Assembly: GCA_963555825.3 (NCBI GenBank)
Contig: CAUVXB020000001.1
Location: forward strand, 2,112,001 to 2,176,000
Length of the DNA stretch: 64,000 bases
Direction of reading: 5' to 3'
Source: Alphaproteobacteria bacterium
Lineage (GTDB): Bacteria; Pseudomonadota; Alphaproteobacteria; JAAXGF01
Shown here: in pieces, positions 31,158 to 43,078 of the stretch
How the letters are laid out: the number at the start of each line of letters is the position of its first letter
Numbering within the stretch: the stretch's first letter is position 1
Made by a program: the position numbers and the translations under genes
Notes under the pieces: model-generated
Told to the model about the DNA's origin: nothing
Database searches by the model: none
The model's input: only the letters and a program-made list of their open reading frames with translations

Positions 31158-31589
31158 ATGCACCGATTCGTTACTGTTTTCACGTTCCTCATCCTCCTCG
31201 CGCCGGTCCCGGCGCTCGCCGAACCAGCCGACGTCAGCGACGCCGACCGCGAGGCGATCCGCGCCGTGGTCGAGGACCAACTCGCCGCCTTCCAGGCCGA
31301 CGACGCGGTCCGCGCGTTCTCCCACGCCTCGCCGATGATCCGCCGGGCGTTCGGCACGCCGAGCAACTTCATGCGCATGGTGGTGACCGGCTATCCGCCG
31401 GTTCACCGGCCGCAGGCGGTCGAATTCCGGGACATCGTCACCTTCCATGGCGCGCCGACCCAGCGCGTCTTCCTGATCGGTCCCGACGGGCAGAGCGTCA
31501 TCGCGCTCTATATCATGGAACTGCAGGCCGGCGGGACGTGGAAGATCAACGGCTGTTATCTGGTCAAGGCCGAAGACAGCATGGTCTAA
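31158..31589 (+). CDS. Exported DUF4864-like protein
   Basis: Signal peptide; QLAAFQADDA..AFSHASP.I...F...F..MV..GYPPV..P; WKINGC. Confidence 0.75.
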   Translation: MHRFVTVFTFLILLAPVPALAEPADVSDADREAIRAVVEDQLAAFQADDAVRAFSHASPMIRRAFGTPSNFMRMVVTGYPPVHRPQAVEFRDIVTFHGAPTQRVFLIGPDGQSVIALYIMELQAGGTWKINGCYLVKAEDSMV

Positions 31590-32037
31590 CGATGGCCGCG
31601 CGGACGATGACCTAGCCCGCGTTAGGTCATGTATTCGATCTGCGCGTCGGTCGGGTAGCTGGTCACGACGAACATTGGAACCGACGTCCTTTGGTGCTCG
31701 AATGGCACGGAACGAATTCGCCAGCAAGGACGCGTCGAACGGCGCAGACCGAAAACTGCGACAATTTGGCCACAGGTCACGCGGATATGCACCGCCGCCG
31801 CGTCGGCCGCACTGGTATCGCCGCCGCGACTGTGATAGACGAACATTACGCACGCTGGGGTAAGGGCTATCGTGGGCTGGCCAAATCCGGTGGCATTGTT
31901 GTAAAACGGCATGAGGGGTTTCGTGGCAAGGTTGGCGATCAGGCCGTGTCGTGAACACCGAAGTCCGCATCCGGGCGTTACGTCGCCGAATGCGGGCCGA
32001 GTCCAGAGGATCTGTGCCGGGGGGTGTGTAGGGGATT

Positions 32038-32856
32038 GTGCGCATGAATGTTAGAAAATATCTTGACCCTTGGCCTGCACGCCTCTCGGCGTCGCTGTTG
32101 ACCGTAGCGCTGCTGTTTGGCTGCGCTTCGCCACCCGAGGGCGACGCGGACGCGCAAGCGGCCTACGACGAAATCAACGATCCGCTCGAGCCGTTCAACC
32201 GCGCGATCTTCTCGTTCAACCAATTCGCCGACGGCATCCTGATCAAGCCAATTGCGCTGGCTTTTCGCACCTTCGTGCCGCCCGAGCCGCGCGAAGGCGT
32301 GCGCAACTTCCTGTCCAACCTGCGCTCGCCGATTGTGCTTGCCAACGACCTCATGCAGGGCGAATTCGATCGCGCCGTCGTGACGATCGAGCGCTTCGCG
32401 ATCAACTCGACCGCCGGGCTGGGTGGCCTGATCGACGTCGCCGCCAGGTTCGGCATCGAGGGACACCGTGAGGACTTCGGCCAGATGCTTGCGGTCTGGG
32501 GCAGCGGCGAAGGACCGTTCCTGATGCTGCCTATTCTCGGGCCGTCCAACCCACGCGACGTTATCGGCTTGGTTGTCGACGGCTTCATCGATCCGGTGCC
32601 GTACTTCGTGTCGTCCAATATCCAGGTGGCGCGCACTGTGCTTCGCGGCGCCGATGAGCGTGAACGCGTCCTCGATGCGCTCGACGAGATCGAGCGTACG
32701 TCGCTCGACTTTTACGCCACGCTGCGCAGCCTTTACCGGCAGCGCCGCGCCGACGAGATCCGCAACGGGGCGCCGGCGCCGGTGGTGCCGATCCCGGCGA
32801 TCTCGATCGAGGAGTTCGAGTATCCTGACGAAGGACAGGTTTCGATGGTTTATTGA
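32038..32856 (+). CDS. mlaA: VacJ/MlaA lipoprotein
   Basis: Lipobox LFGC; DPLEPFNR, EDFGQ, GPFLMLPILGPSNPRD. Confidence 0.93.
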   Translation: MRMNVRKYLDPWPARLSASLLTVALLFGCASPPEGDADAQAAYDEINDPLEPFNRAIFSFNQFADGILIKPIALAFRTFVPPEPREGVRNFLSNLRSPIVLANDLMQGEFDRAVVTIERFAINSTAGLGGLIDVAARFGIEGHREDFGQMLAVWGSGEGPFLMLPILGPSNPRDVIGLVVDGFIDPVPYFVSSNIQVARTVLRGADERERVLDALDEIERTSLDFYATLRSLYRQRRADEIRNGAPAPVVPIPAISIEEFEYPDEGQVSMVY

Positions 32857-33470
32857 CCATGTCGGTCATACGTCGAATTTCCTCGCTCACGGTTATCCTG
32901 CTCTTAGCACTCTCCCCGCTGCCTGTGGCGGCCGGCACGCTGGACGACGCGATCACGTTCGTCCAAAACCTCGGCGACAACGCCATCGAAGTCCTCAAGG
33001 CGCCCGACTCGACGCCGGAACAACGCCGCGTCAAGTTCCAGGTGCTTCTGGACAGCGGCTTCGCCGTCGATACGATCGGTCGGTTCGCGCTCGGCCGTTA
33101 TTGGCGCGCTGCAACGTCCGAACAGCGACTGGAATACCTCCGGCTGTTCCGGCTGTTCATTCTCAATACCTACGCCTCGCGCCTGGACGGCAATTCGGGC
33201 CAGTCCTTCAGCGTCGTAAAAGCCCATCCGATCGACGACAAGGACACGCTGGTCAACACCGAAGTCTCGCAGACCAACGCCCAGCCGTTGCGCGTCGACT
33301 ACCGAGTTCGGGCACGCCACGGCGACTACAAGATCGTCGACGTCTTGGTCGAGGGCATCAGCCTGGTCACGACCCAGCGTACCGAGTTCGCCTCGATCAT
33401 CAATCGCGAAGGCTTCGACGGCCTGCTCGAGCTGATGCGCGACTACGACGGCGATGCCCCGTCGAACTAA
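32853..33470 (+). CDS. mlaC: MlaC/Ttg2D phospholipid-binding protein
   Basis: RFALGRYWR, KIVDVLVEGISLVTTQRTEF; follows mlaA. Confidence 0.9.
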   Translation: MTMSVIRRISSLTVILLLALSPLPVAAGTLDDAITFVQNLGDNAIEVLKAPDSTPEQRRVKFQVLLDSGFAVDTIGRFALGRYWRAATSEQRLEYLRLFRLFILNTYASRLDGNSGQSFSVVKAHPIDDKDTLVNTEVSQTNAQPLRVDYRVRARHGDYKIVDVLVEGISLVTTQRTEFASIINREGFDGLLELMRDYDGDAPSN

Positions 33471-33490
33471 CGGCGGCACGCCTCTTCCGG

Positions 33491-33636
33491 CTAGTTTGTT
33501 GTGCGGCCATCTTTTGATGCGGTCACCTTTGGTGACCTGCGCTCAATCGCCGCGCACGCTTCCGCCGAACGGTCGGCGGCCCGCAGTCGCGGGCTGGTAT
33601 GATGAGACCGATCTTGATCGATCGCACATGGTTTAG
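33491..33636 (+). repeat. Structured dispersed repeat
   Basis: GGTCACC-TTT-GGTGACC, then core CCTGCGCTCAATCGCCGCGCACGCTTCCGCCGAACGGTCGGCGGCCCGCAGTCGCGGGCTGG. Confidence 0.85.
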
Positions 33637-35315
33637 CCGCGCGTCAGTGGCTTGTAGCGGATGCGGTGCGGCTGATCGGCCTCGTGGCCCAGGCGCCGCC
33701 GCCGGTCGGCCTCATAGTCGCTGTAGCCGCCCTCGAACCAGACCACCCGGCTGTCGCCCTCGAAGGCGAGCACATGGCTCGCGATGCGGTCGATGAACCA
33801 GCGGTCATGGCTGATGACGATCGCGCAGCCGGCGAAGTCGAGCAACGCTTCTTCGAGCGCGCGCAGCGTGTCGACGTCGAGGTCGTTGGTCGGCTCGTCG
33901 AGCAGCAGCAGGTTGGCGCCCGACTTGAGCACCTTGGCGAGATGCACACGGTTGCGCTCGCCGCCCGATAGCTGGCCGGTCTTCTTCTGCTGGTCGGCGC
34001 CCTTGAAGTTGAACGCCGCGCAGTAGGCGCGCGCCGGCATGCGCCGCTTGCCGAGGTCGATCTCGTCGAGGCCGCCCGAGATCTCCTCCCAGACGGCCTT
34101 GGCGGGATCGAGCGTCTCGCGCGACTGATCGACATAGCCGAGCGCCACGGTTTCGCCAAGCCGCAGGGTGCCGCCGTCCGGCGTCTCCTGGCCGGCGATC
34201 ATGCGGAACAGCGTCGTCTTGCCGGCGCCGTTGGGGCCGATCACGCCGACGATGCCGCCGGCCGGCAGGCGGAAGTCGAGCCCGTCGATCAGCAGGCGGT
34301 CGCCATAACCCTTGCCGAGGCCCTCGGCCTCGACGACGACGTCGCCGAGACGCGGGCCTTGCGGAATGATGATCTGCGCCGTCCCGGGCGCCCGGTCGGC
34401 GCTCTCGGCGTAGAGCTGCTCGAAGGCCGAGACGCGCGCCTTGTTGCGCACCCGTCGCGCCGGCGGCGTCGCGCGGATCCATTCCAGCTCGCGGGTGAGC
34501 GTGCGCTGGCGGCCCTGCTCCTGCTTCTCCTCGATCGCCAGACGCTGGACCTTCTGCTCGAGCCACGACGAATAGTTGCCCTGCCACGGGATACCGCGGC
34601 CGCGGTCGAGCTCGAGGATCCAGCCGGCAACGTTGTCGAGGAAATAACGGTCGTGGGTCACCGCAACCACGGTGCCCGGATAGTCGCCGAGGAAGCGCTC
34701 GAGCCAGGCGACCGACTCGGCGTCGAGATGGTTGGTCGGCTCGTCCAAGAGCAACATGTCGGGCCGCTCGAGCAGCAGCCGGCAGAGCGCGACGCGGCGG
34801 CGCTCGCCGCCCGACAGCGTCGTCACGTCGGCCTCGCCCGGCGGGCAGCGCAGCGCGTCCATGGCGATATCCAGCGTGCGCTGCAGGTCCCAGCCGTCGA
34901 CCGCGTCGATCTGCTCCTGCAGCTCGCCCTGCTCGGCCAGCAGCGCGTCCATCTGGTCGGCGTCGAGGTCCTCGGCGAAGCGCGCCGAGATGGCGTCGAA
35001 GCGCTCGAGCAGGTCCTTGGTCGCCGCGACACCGAGCATGACGTTGCCGAGCACGTCGAGAGCGGCATCGAGCTCGGGCTCCTGCGGCAGGAAGCCGACG
35101 CGCACGCCGTCGGCCGCCCAGGCCTCGCCGGCGATATCGGTCTCGAGCCCGGCCATGACGCGCAACAGCGTCGACTTGCCGGCGCCGTTGAGGCCCAAGA
35201 CGCCGATCTTGGCGCCCGGCAGGAAGGCCAGCGTGATGTCGCGCAATACCTGGCGCCCGCCCGGGAACACCTTGTTGAGCCGCCGCATCACGTAGATGTA
35301 TTGGTAGGAAGGCAT
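33633..35315 (-). CDS. ettA: Energy-dependent translational throttle ABC-F protein EttA
   Basis: 560 aa, two ABC domains, PGAKIGVLGLNGAGKST, C-terminal PHRIRYKPL. Confidence 0.95.
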   Translation of the reverse strand: MPSYQYIYVMRRLNKVFPGGRQVLRDITLAFLPGAKIGVLGLNGAGKSTLLRVMAGLETDIAGEAWAADGVRVGFLPQEPELDAALDVLGNVMLGVAATKDLLERFDAISARFAEDLDADQMDALLAEQGELQEQIDAVDGWDLQRTLDIAMDALRCPPGEADVTTLSGGERRRVALCRLLLERPDMLLLDEPTNHLDAESVAWLERFLGDYPGTVVAVTHDRYFLDNVAGWILELDRGRGIPWQGNYSSWLEQKVQRLAIEEKQEQGRQRTLTRELEWIRATPPARRVRNKARVSAFEQLYAESADRAPGTAQIIIPQGPRLGDVVVEAEGLGKGYGDRLLIDGLDFRLPAGGIVGVIGPNGAGKTTLFRMIAGQETPDGGTLRLGETVALGYVDQSRETLDPAKAVWEEISGGLDEIDLGKRRMPARAYCAAFNFKGADQQKKTGQLSGGERNRVHLAKVLKSGANLLLLDEPTNDLDVDTLRALEEALLDFAGCAIVISHDRWFIDRIASHVLAFEGDSRVVWFEGGYSDYEADRRRRLGHEADQPHRIRYKPLTRG

Positions 35316-35723
35316 GTAGCCTCTCGAAGGAATTCGACTATGAAGACCGGCCGCGTCCGGCCGCGCGCCGTTTGTAGCCTACGCCGAGCCGGCCGCGCAA
35401 CGGCCACGGTGCCGCGCACCAATAGGTCGCCGCCGAGCACCAGCATGACGAAACCGGGCGAGGGTCTGCAGATAGATCATACAGCCCGCTTATCCGTCGC
35501 CGGCCACGCCCCCACGAGACGCCTCCCGCGCCCTCTTTATATGGGGTCCGCATCGCCGCGCCGAAAGCCGCGACGCTCCAATTTACTGATGACCGCGAAT
35601 TTGCGATGGTCCGTGTCCGGGATGCGACGGGAAAAGAACAAATGGCCTCCATCTTTCTACATTCACCATTCCGGTGATACAGTCGCGGACACGGGGGTGG
35701 GTGGTATGGCTCGAGGGGAACTG

Positions 35724-37688
35724 ATGACAAATGACGAACGAACGACTTGGCGTTGCCCCTATTGTAACCAGTTTGCGACGCTTGATCACAACAAGGATGT
35801 GTACGCCAGCGAACGTGATCTTTTCGACGACACAGACGAAGGCCACGTGGCTTTGATGTTGTGGGGCGTCCGGTGCCCAAACCACGAATGTCTCAAACTC
35901 TCACTAAATGCCGGTCTTTGGACGGCCAAAGGGCATTATCAAAATCTAGAACTCAATGAGTTAGTACAAAGTTGGAATCTGCGGCCTCAATCATCGGCGA
36001 AGCCACAACCCGAATACATTCCAGAACCATTACGCGAAGATTACAACGAAGCGTGTCTAATACCAGTGAGCGCCTGAATTGACTCTCGGGATATTCATTG
36101 ATGGCGGATGATGGCGGATTGTGATTCTATGGTCTCCCACCAGATGTGGGGGATGTCATGGGATCAGCACTCAAGATACGGGATGATTTGACGCCTTTGG
36201 AGCTTCGGCGCTGGGCTCGCGTGGAATCGTACGGTCGAGCGGCGGCGCGGGCCTATGGGATCGCGAATGCTTTGGAGGAGATGCCCCGGGCTGATGCCGC
36301 GCGGCTTGCGGGGATGGATCGCCAAACGCTTCGCGACGCGGTTGTTCGTTACAATGCAAAGGGATTGGAGGGGCTTCACGACCGTCCAAAGGGCTACTCG
36401 CCGCGGCGGCTGACGGCAGACGAGGAAGCGGCGCTGGCGGCGGTCATCATCGCCGGGCCGGAGCCTGAGCGCGACGGGGTTTGCGCCTGGACCCGGGCCG
36501 ATCTGTGCCGCTGGCTGGAGGAGCGCTTCGCCAAGACCTACCACCCCTCGAGCATGACCCGGGTTCTACGGCGGATGGGATTTTCCCGCCAGAAGGCGCG
36601 CCCGAGCCACCCGCGAAGGGACGCCGAAGCGCAGGAGCGCTTCAAAAAAGGGGGCTTCGCGACATCCTGAAGGCGACCGCCGCGGCGCATCTGGCGGCTT
36701 TCCGACAAGCGCCTACAGCTGTGGTTTCAGGATGAAGCGCGCGTCGGCAACAAGGGCCGGGTGTGTCACCGGTGGTGGCGCAGGGGCGAGCGTGCCCCCG
36801 GGACGCGTCAAATCGGCTACCAGTGGGCCTACATCTTCTCCGCCGTGCGCCCGGACACCGGCGACGACGTCACCCTGGTGATGCCGAGCGTCAACGCCAA
36901 GGTCATGGACCTGTTTCTCGCACACTTCGCCGATACCCTGGACCAGGATGCGCACGCCGTCATGATGTGCGACGGCGCCGGTTGGCACGACGAGCGCGCC
37001 CTCACCGTCCCCGACAACGTCACCTTGGCGCTGTTGCCGCCTTACAGTCCCGAACTCAACCCCGTCGAGCGGGTTTGGCTCTACCTACGCGAACGCTTCC
37101 TATCGCTCCGCGTCCTCGACGACACCGAGGCCATCATCGACGCCTGTTGCCAAGCATGGATCGACCTCATCGCAGAACCGGATCGTATGCGAACCCTCTG
37201 CGCCTATCCATGGATCATGAAGGTGATTTCATAGGCTCACTGGTATAATCCTCGACCTAAGCCCCAAGGTGGCCGCCACCCTTGCGCGGCGATGTCTCCA
37301 GGGCATGATCCGGGACTTCTGGAGCATCACAATGGGTCGCCTCATCGATGAGATCGCCGCATTAGAGGAGCATGTGGAGGCCGAAGTCTGGGAGGCGATC
37401 AAGGCTGTGAAGGATGTCGGCAATATCGGCGCTCACATGGAAAAGGACATCAACCTCATTATCGAGGTTGATCCCGAAGAGGCCAATCTGCTGATCCAGC
37501 TCATTGAGCAGCTCTTTGATGAATGGTATGTGGCTCGGCATGAGCGCGAAGAGCGGATGAAGCGGATTGTTGCCCTTGCGGAAGATAAAGCGGATCTCCG
37601 CAAGCAAGGCAAAGCCAAAGAGCCGCCAACAGAGCCAGACGACGCTCCAGCCGAGAGCAATACCGACTCGCCGAAGGACACCGGATAG
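35724..37688 (+). pseudogene. DUF4145-domain protein interrupted by IS630
   Basis: CPYC...IPEPLREDYNEACL joins ILDLSPKVAATLARRCLQGMIRDFW...GNIGAH after removing 36061-37245 and one TAA. Confidence 0.8.
36061..37245 (+). mobile_element. IS630-family insertion sequence, copy 1
   Basis: IR TACCAGTGAGC / GCTCACTGGTA; split transposase with A6G5 slippery site, FQDEAR, DGAGWH, PPYSPELNPVE; about 10 extra nt near 36692. Confidence 0.92.
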
Positions 37689-37786
37689 AAAGCGCGTAGC
37701 TCGCAGGTCGAGGTCGTGAGAAAGGGATACGATTTGTTACAGTCGTTGAATAGGGAAAATGCGGTTCAAATCAGCCATTTTGTACC

Positions 37787-37810
37787 GTCGCACAATCTCC
37801 GTTTCGCGAC
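37787..37810. other. Palindromic 9-6-9 putative recombination site A
   Basis: GTCGCACAA-TCTCCG-TTTCGCGAC. Confidence 0.55.
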
Positions 37811-37977
37811 AGAACTCCCTTCGTCGTGGTACGATTGTACCATTGACAGGAATTTGGAGGTTATCTAGGCAATGTCCGATTTGACACTAAGAGACCTTGT
37901 AGGTGCCCTTACACTCAAGCAAGTTGCCGCGATCTTATCATTAGTTTCTGTCGTTATCGCAGGCACTTTCACGTTAG

Positions 37978-39438
37978 CAGCCCGTTGATTAAGTGGCTTT
38001 TTCCGGCTCTCACTCCCAGATGAGGAATGCGGCGGCGGAAACCGTCTGGCCGCTTTGCGAGACCCCCAGTGCGACCAGCATGGCCCCGGTGGGCGTGAGC
38101 AGCACGAAAATACCGCCATATCCGCCCGCCACGGCCTCGCGCGGGGTGCCGGCGCCGATGAGTTGGCGCATCAGCAACGATAGGTTGTGGCCGGCGACGT
38201 GGAGCAGGTATCGCTTGTGCACGTTCTCGCGGCCCCGAAGCCAGGTCCGGCGCATGCCGCCGCGATCGAGGTTGTGGGCGAAGGAGCGCTCGACGATCTC
38301 GGCGCGCAGCTTGAAGGCTTCCTTGGCCACCCCCGATAACAGCCGGGTCCGGTTGTTGGTGACCGCGCGCCGCGCCGCCTCGTCGCCGCGCCAGCGCGCG
38401 AAGCCCTTCTGCTTGGGCTCGGCGATCCGGGTCTTCCACGGGCCGTTGTCCAAGGCCTTCAAGACCGCCCGTGAGTGATAGCCTTTGTCGGTCACACATT
38501 CGGCCGGGTCCTCTGCCGTCGGCGCCGCGTCAACGCTCGCAAGGTTCTCCTTGGCCGTCTCCAACGTTTTGGGAAGCGTCGTCGTGTCGCCCTCGTCGGC
38601 CGGGTGCAGCTCGGCGGCCACCACCGCGCCGGTGTCCAGATCCACCGCGTGCTCGGGCTTGTAGGCCAGATGCGTCGTGCCGTCCTTCATCTTGGCGATC
38701 TTGGCCTCGGGGTCGCTCTTCGAAACCCAGTCCTCGTTGGAAAGCTTCTTGCCCTTGCGCTTGCGGTCCAGACGCGCCAGGTCCTCGGCCGTGGGCGTCT
38801 CGATGCCGCTCTCCCGGGCCAGGTGCTCCAGCATCTCCCGGTAGCCTTCACCCGTGTCGCGCCGCACGATGTTGCGCAGCGCCGCGTTGGCCTCCATGGT
38901 CGAGGCATCCACCCCGATGCGCTCGCCCTTCACCAGACCCGCCTCGCCGATCAAGGCCAGAACCCAGTCGAAGACCGCCGCGTGGACTTCATGGGGCAGG
39001 CGCGCGCGGGTCTTCGACAGCCAGGAATGGTCCGGCACCCGCTCACGGCTCCCCAGTCGCAGGAACTCCCGCAGCGACAGGGAATCCGAGCAACGCCACT
39101 CCAGACCGCGCTCTGAGTCGATGCCCTCGAAGTAGCCCACCAGGTGCATGCGGAAATAGCGCCCGGGCGGCACCGAGGGCGCGCCCATCCTGGCCGCGTA
39201 ATAGGGCCGGCAGCTCGCCTCGGCAAAGGCGTCGAAGCCGCCCTCGATCAGCACCGACTGCAGGCGGTCGTAAAACACATGACCCGGCGAGCGCGGCATC
39301 TCCGCCCAGCCCACCATCAAGTCCCCCTGACGATCCTTCTGCTGTCCCATCGCCATCGGCGAATCCTCCGGTCAAATCAGAACATCAAAGAATCAGACCA
39401 GGCCGCTTGCGTCCAGTGCCGACTTCGTCAACGGGCTG
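37978..39438 (-). mobile_element. IS1182/IS5-like insertion sequence, type B, copy 1 (transposase 38010-39356)
   Basis: IR CAGCCCGTTGA / TCAACGGGCTG; 4-bp duplication TTAG; motifs PDHS, VDAST, DKGY, VERSFA. Confidence 0.9.
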
Positions 39439-39682
39439 TTAGGGCTAAGTATTGAACGAAGCGCACATGCGAACCAGATTCAAGATTTGAAATCCCAGCT
39501 TGTTCGACTTGAGAATGAGAAAATGTCAACACACGATTCCCTTGTTCACCTACAAGCTAAAGAACAATTTCTTGAAATCACGTCCCTTATACAATTCAAT
39601 GCTTCGCTTTATGGTATTGACATTTGGGATAAAAGACGCTGGGATTCTAGCTACCACAGGTACATGCTTTCTGCGGTAGGGT

Positions 39683-42617
39683 GGCGATGTCCCTATCTCT
39701 GCCTGAAATTCGTGGGGCAGGCGTCGCTGGTTGATGATGCTATGCTGCCTTCATGATGGTTTCAATGGCACTGTCGGCCTGAGCCTTTCTCAAGTGTTCC
39801 TGGAGAGCATTTCGGAGGATGGGCAGCTGACGATAGGCCTTGAGGCGACGGAAGGTTTTCTGGGCCTCCAGCAGGCCGGCGGCGGTCCATCTGAGCGCCA
39901 TCTCGGCGTGTCTCCAGCGTTTGACGTTGCGGGTGACCTGGCGCACCGTGCCGAGCGCGTTCTCGACGATGTTGGTGCAGGCGAGCGAGCGCCGGAGTTC
40001 GTGCGGCAGGCCGAGGCGGATGACGGTGAGGATCTCGTCCAGCCCCTCCAGGATGCTGCCCGAGACGCCCGGTTCCTCATGCTCCAGACGCCGGGCCAGG
40101 TTGCGCAGCAGCCGTTCGGCCTTGTCTGCGTCGTCCTGGTCCCAGGCCTGACGGAGCGCCTTCTTGACGCTCGCATGCAAATGCAGGGGCAGGCGCTCGA
40201 TGATGTTACGGCCCTTGTGGACCTGGCAGCGCTGGATGGCGGCGGCCACACCGAAGGTGTTGCGGATCGCTTTGCTGAGCGCCTTCGCGCCATCGACGAT
40301 GAACAGCCGGGGCAGCGTCGGATCGAGCCCCCTGGCGAGGAGATTGTCGAGCAAGGCCTGGACGACGACAGTGTTCTCCGTCGCCCCCTCGACCACGGCC
40401 AGGACATGCTTGTCGCCGTTGCCATCGACGCCGATCGCCGCCACCAAGACATGGTCGCCGACATGCAGACCGTCGATCTGGATGACCAGCAGGTCGAGCT
40501 CCGAGAGGTCCGAGGCGAGCCAGGCCTTCATCTTCTTGCGCGACAGCGCCACAAAGCGCCGGGAAACGGCCGACTTCGAGGTGCCGTCGCCACGCGCTTT
40601 CGCCAGGTCGCCCTCGGGCAGACGGACCGCGCGGTGGTACTTGCGGGTCGACACGTTCAGGACCATCAGGTTGAGCGCCCACTCGAGCAACAGGTTGCCG
40701 TCGCGCAGCACCTGCCAGCTCTCCAAACCCACCTCCTTGCCAGCATGGTCGCGAACCCGTGGCCGCTGCACTTTCACGCGGCCGCCGTGGTAGCCGATCT
40801 CGCTCTGCGTATGGCCCCAGCGATAACCCCGACGGTTCCCATGGCGACGATGTCGGGCCCCGCACACGGTCGTGGCGTCCTCCTCCATCATCTCGGCCAA
40901 GGCCTCGACCCCGGCCAGGAGACAGAACCGATCCACGCTGAGACGGACTGCGTCCATCGCGTCTGCCAGCGGCGGCATAGGAAACGAGGTGGCAAGGGCT
41001 TTCGGGCTACTGGAACTACGGATATTCTTTCCCATGGTGTCGTTCTCCCTCTTGGGTTTGCAGCACCCGGAGCCTAACAGCCCGTTGATTAAGTGGCTTT
41101 TTCCGGCTCTCACTCCCAGATGAGGAATGCGGCGGCGAAAACCGTCTGGCCGCTTTGCGAGACCCCCAGTGCGACCAGCATGGCCCCGGTGGGCGTGAGC
41201 AGACGTTCTCGCGGCCGGGGTGCCACGAAAATACCGCCATATCCGCCCGACGGCCTCGCGCGGGGTGCCGGCGCCGATGAGTTGGCGCATCAGCAACGAT
41301 AGGTTGTGGCCGGCGACGTGGAGCAGGTATCGCTTGTGCACGTTCTCGCGGCCCCGAAGCCAGGTCCGGCGCATGCCGCCGCGATCGAGGTTGTGGGCGA
41401 AGGAGCGCTCGACGATCTCGGCGCGCAGCTTGAAGGCTTCCTTGGCCACCCCCGATAACAGCCGGGTCCGGTTGTTGGTGACCGCGCGCCGCGCCGCCTC
41501 GTCGCCGCGCCAGCGCGCGAAGCCCTTCTGCTTGGGCTCGGCGATCCGGGTCTTCCACGGGCCGTTGTCCAAGGCCTTCAAGACCGCCCGTGAGTGATAG
41601 CCTTTGTCGGTCACACATTCGGCCGGGTCCTCTGCCGTCGGCGCCGCGTCAACGCTCGCAAGGTTCTCCTTGGCCGTCTCCAACGTTTTGGGAAGCGTCG
41701 TCGTGTCGCCCTCGTCGGCCGGGTGCAGCTCGGCGGCCACCACCGCGCCGGTGTCCAGATCCACCGCGTGCTCGGGCTTGTAGGCCAGATGCGTCGTGCC
41801 GTCCTTCATCTTGGCGATCTTGGCCTCGGGGTCGCTCTTCGAAACCCAGTCCTCGTTGGAAAGCTTCTTGCCCTTGCGCTTGCGGTCCAGACGCGCCAGG
41901 TCCTCGGCCGTGGGCGTCTCGATGCCGCTCTCCCGGGCCAGGTGCTCCAGCATCTCCCGGTAGCCTTCACCCGTGTCGCGCCGCACGATGTTGCGCAGCG
42001 CCGCGTTGGCCTCCATGGTCGAGGCATCCACCCCGATGCGCTCGCCCTTCACCAGACCCGCCTCGCCGATCAAGGCCAGAACCCAGTCGAAGACCGCCGC
42101 GTGGACTTCATGGGGCAGGCGCGCGCGGGTCTTCGACAGCCAGGAATGGTCCGGCACCCGCTCACGGCTCCCCAGTCGCAGGAACTCCCGCAGCGACAGG
42201 GAATCCGAGCAACGCCACTCCAGACCGCGCTCTGAGTCGATGCCCTCGAAGTAGCCCACCAGGTGCATGCGGAAATAGCGCCCGGGCGGCACCGAGGGCG
42301 CGCCCATCCTGGCCGCGTAATAGGGCCGGCAGCTCGCCTCGGCAAAGGCGTCGAAGCCGCCCTCGATCAGCACCGACTGCAGGCGGTCGTAAAACACATG
42401 ACCCGGCGAGCGCGGCATCTCCGCCCAGCCCACCATCAAGTCCCCCTGACGATCCTTCTGCTGTCCCATCGCCATCGGCGAATCCTCCGGTCAAATCAGA
42501 ACATCAAAGAATCAGACCAGGCCGCTTGCGTCCAGTGCCGACTTCGTCAACGGGCTGCTAACGGCTCCAGGAGAGCGACACCTACCTCAACTTTTCAACA
42601 TCGACCGGGACATCTCC
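39683..42617 (-). mobile_element. IS256-family insertion sequence copy A (transposase 39740-41035) with a nested IS
   Basis: IR GGCGATGTCCC / GGGACATCTCC; 8-bp duplication GGTAGGGT; QRCQVH and TNIVEN motifs. Confidence 0.92.
41078..42557 (-). mobile_element. IS1182/IS5-like type B, copy 2, nested upstream of the IS256 transposase
   Basis: Same IRs as 37978-39438; 4-bp duplication CTAA; local indels at 41200-41250. Confidence 0.9.
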
Positions 42618-42820
42618 GGTAGGGTACGAGGATCTCGTGAAGGAATACCGCGACCATGTAAGGAGAATCACTACGGAATTTGTTAGTGACGAACCTTTCG
42701 CAATTGCAAAACATGGTCGCGAGAGGGCAGGGCCGAGTTTACTGCAATTCAGCCGCGACAGGACGACTTGGGTGCTTATTCCAAATCTATCGTCGCCGCC
42801 CTAACCAAATCGGCTTGCGT

Positions 42821-42844
42821 GTCGCACAATATCTGTTTCGCGAC
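42821..42844. other. Palindromic 9-6-9 putative recombination site B
   Basis: GTCGCACAA-TATCTG-TTTCGCGAC. Confidence 0.55.
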
Positions 42845-43078
42845 GTGCGCTGCCCCGTGCTCCCCAAATGGGGACACGGGGCCTGATCCTCCTCAAATAC
42901 CGAGATTATCCAATCTCGATAATCCAAGAAGGTATACTGGAATCGCCAAAACGAAAACGGAGCGACCCCGATCCCGGACAATTGCCGCCCCCGGACTAGG
43001 TTTTGGGGGACAGGTCACCGTCCAAGAACGCTCCGGGGAGCGTGCTCATCGTCGCCGCGGATCAACGTAACCTGAAGT

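Larger units (their letters stand above)
37872..42804 (+). pseudogene. Lower-GC orphan membrane-anchored protein gene broken by IS1182-type and IS256 insertions
   Basis: Joining 37872-37977, 39443-39682 and 42626-42804 gives one open frame MSDLTLRDLVG...TLGLSIERS...LSAVGYEDLVKE...LSSPP*. Confidence 0.75.

Noticed and set aside
31622-31954. Short ORFs between the DUF4864 gene and mlaA
   Set aside because: No motif, RBS or convincing codon bias; probably intergenic.
34359-36077. 572-aa + strand ORF and similar long antisense ORFs (e.g. 60801-62924, 27416-28915, 19586-21040)
   Set aside because: These are stop-poor shadows of real genes in high-GC DNA. Only the part from 35724 (DUF4145) is credible.
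39740-42475. 911-aa fusion of two transposases
   Set aside because: It arises from nested IS insertion plus local indels at 41200-41250 that are absent from the sister copy. It is accidental or an assembly error.
42797-42850. Second attC site after the orphan gene (CCCTAAC)
   Set aside because: There is no matching L box or GTT arm. The palindrome here is the 9-6-9 site.
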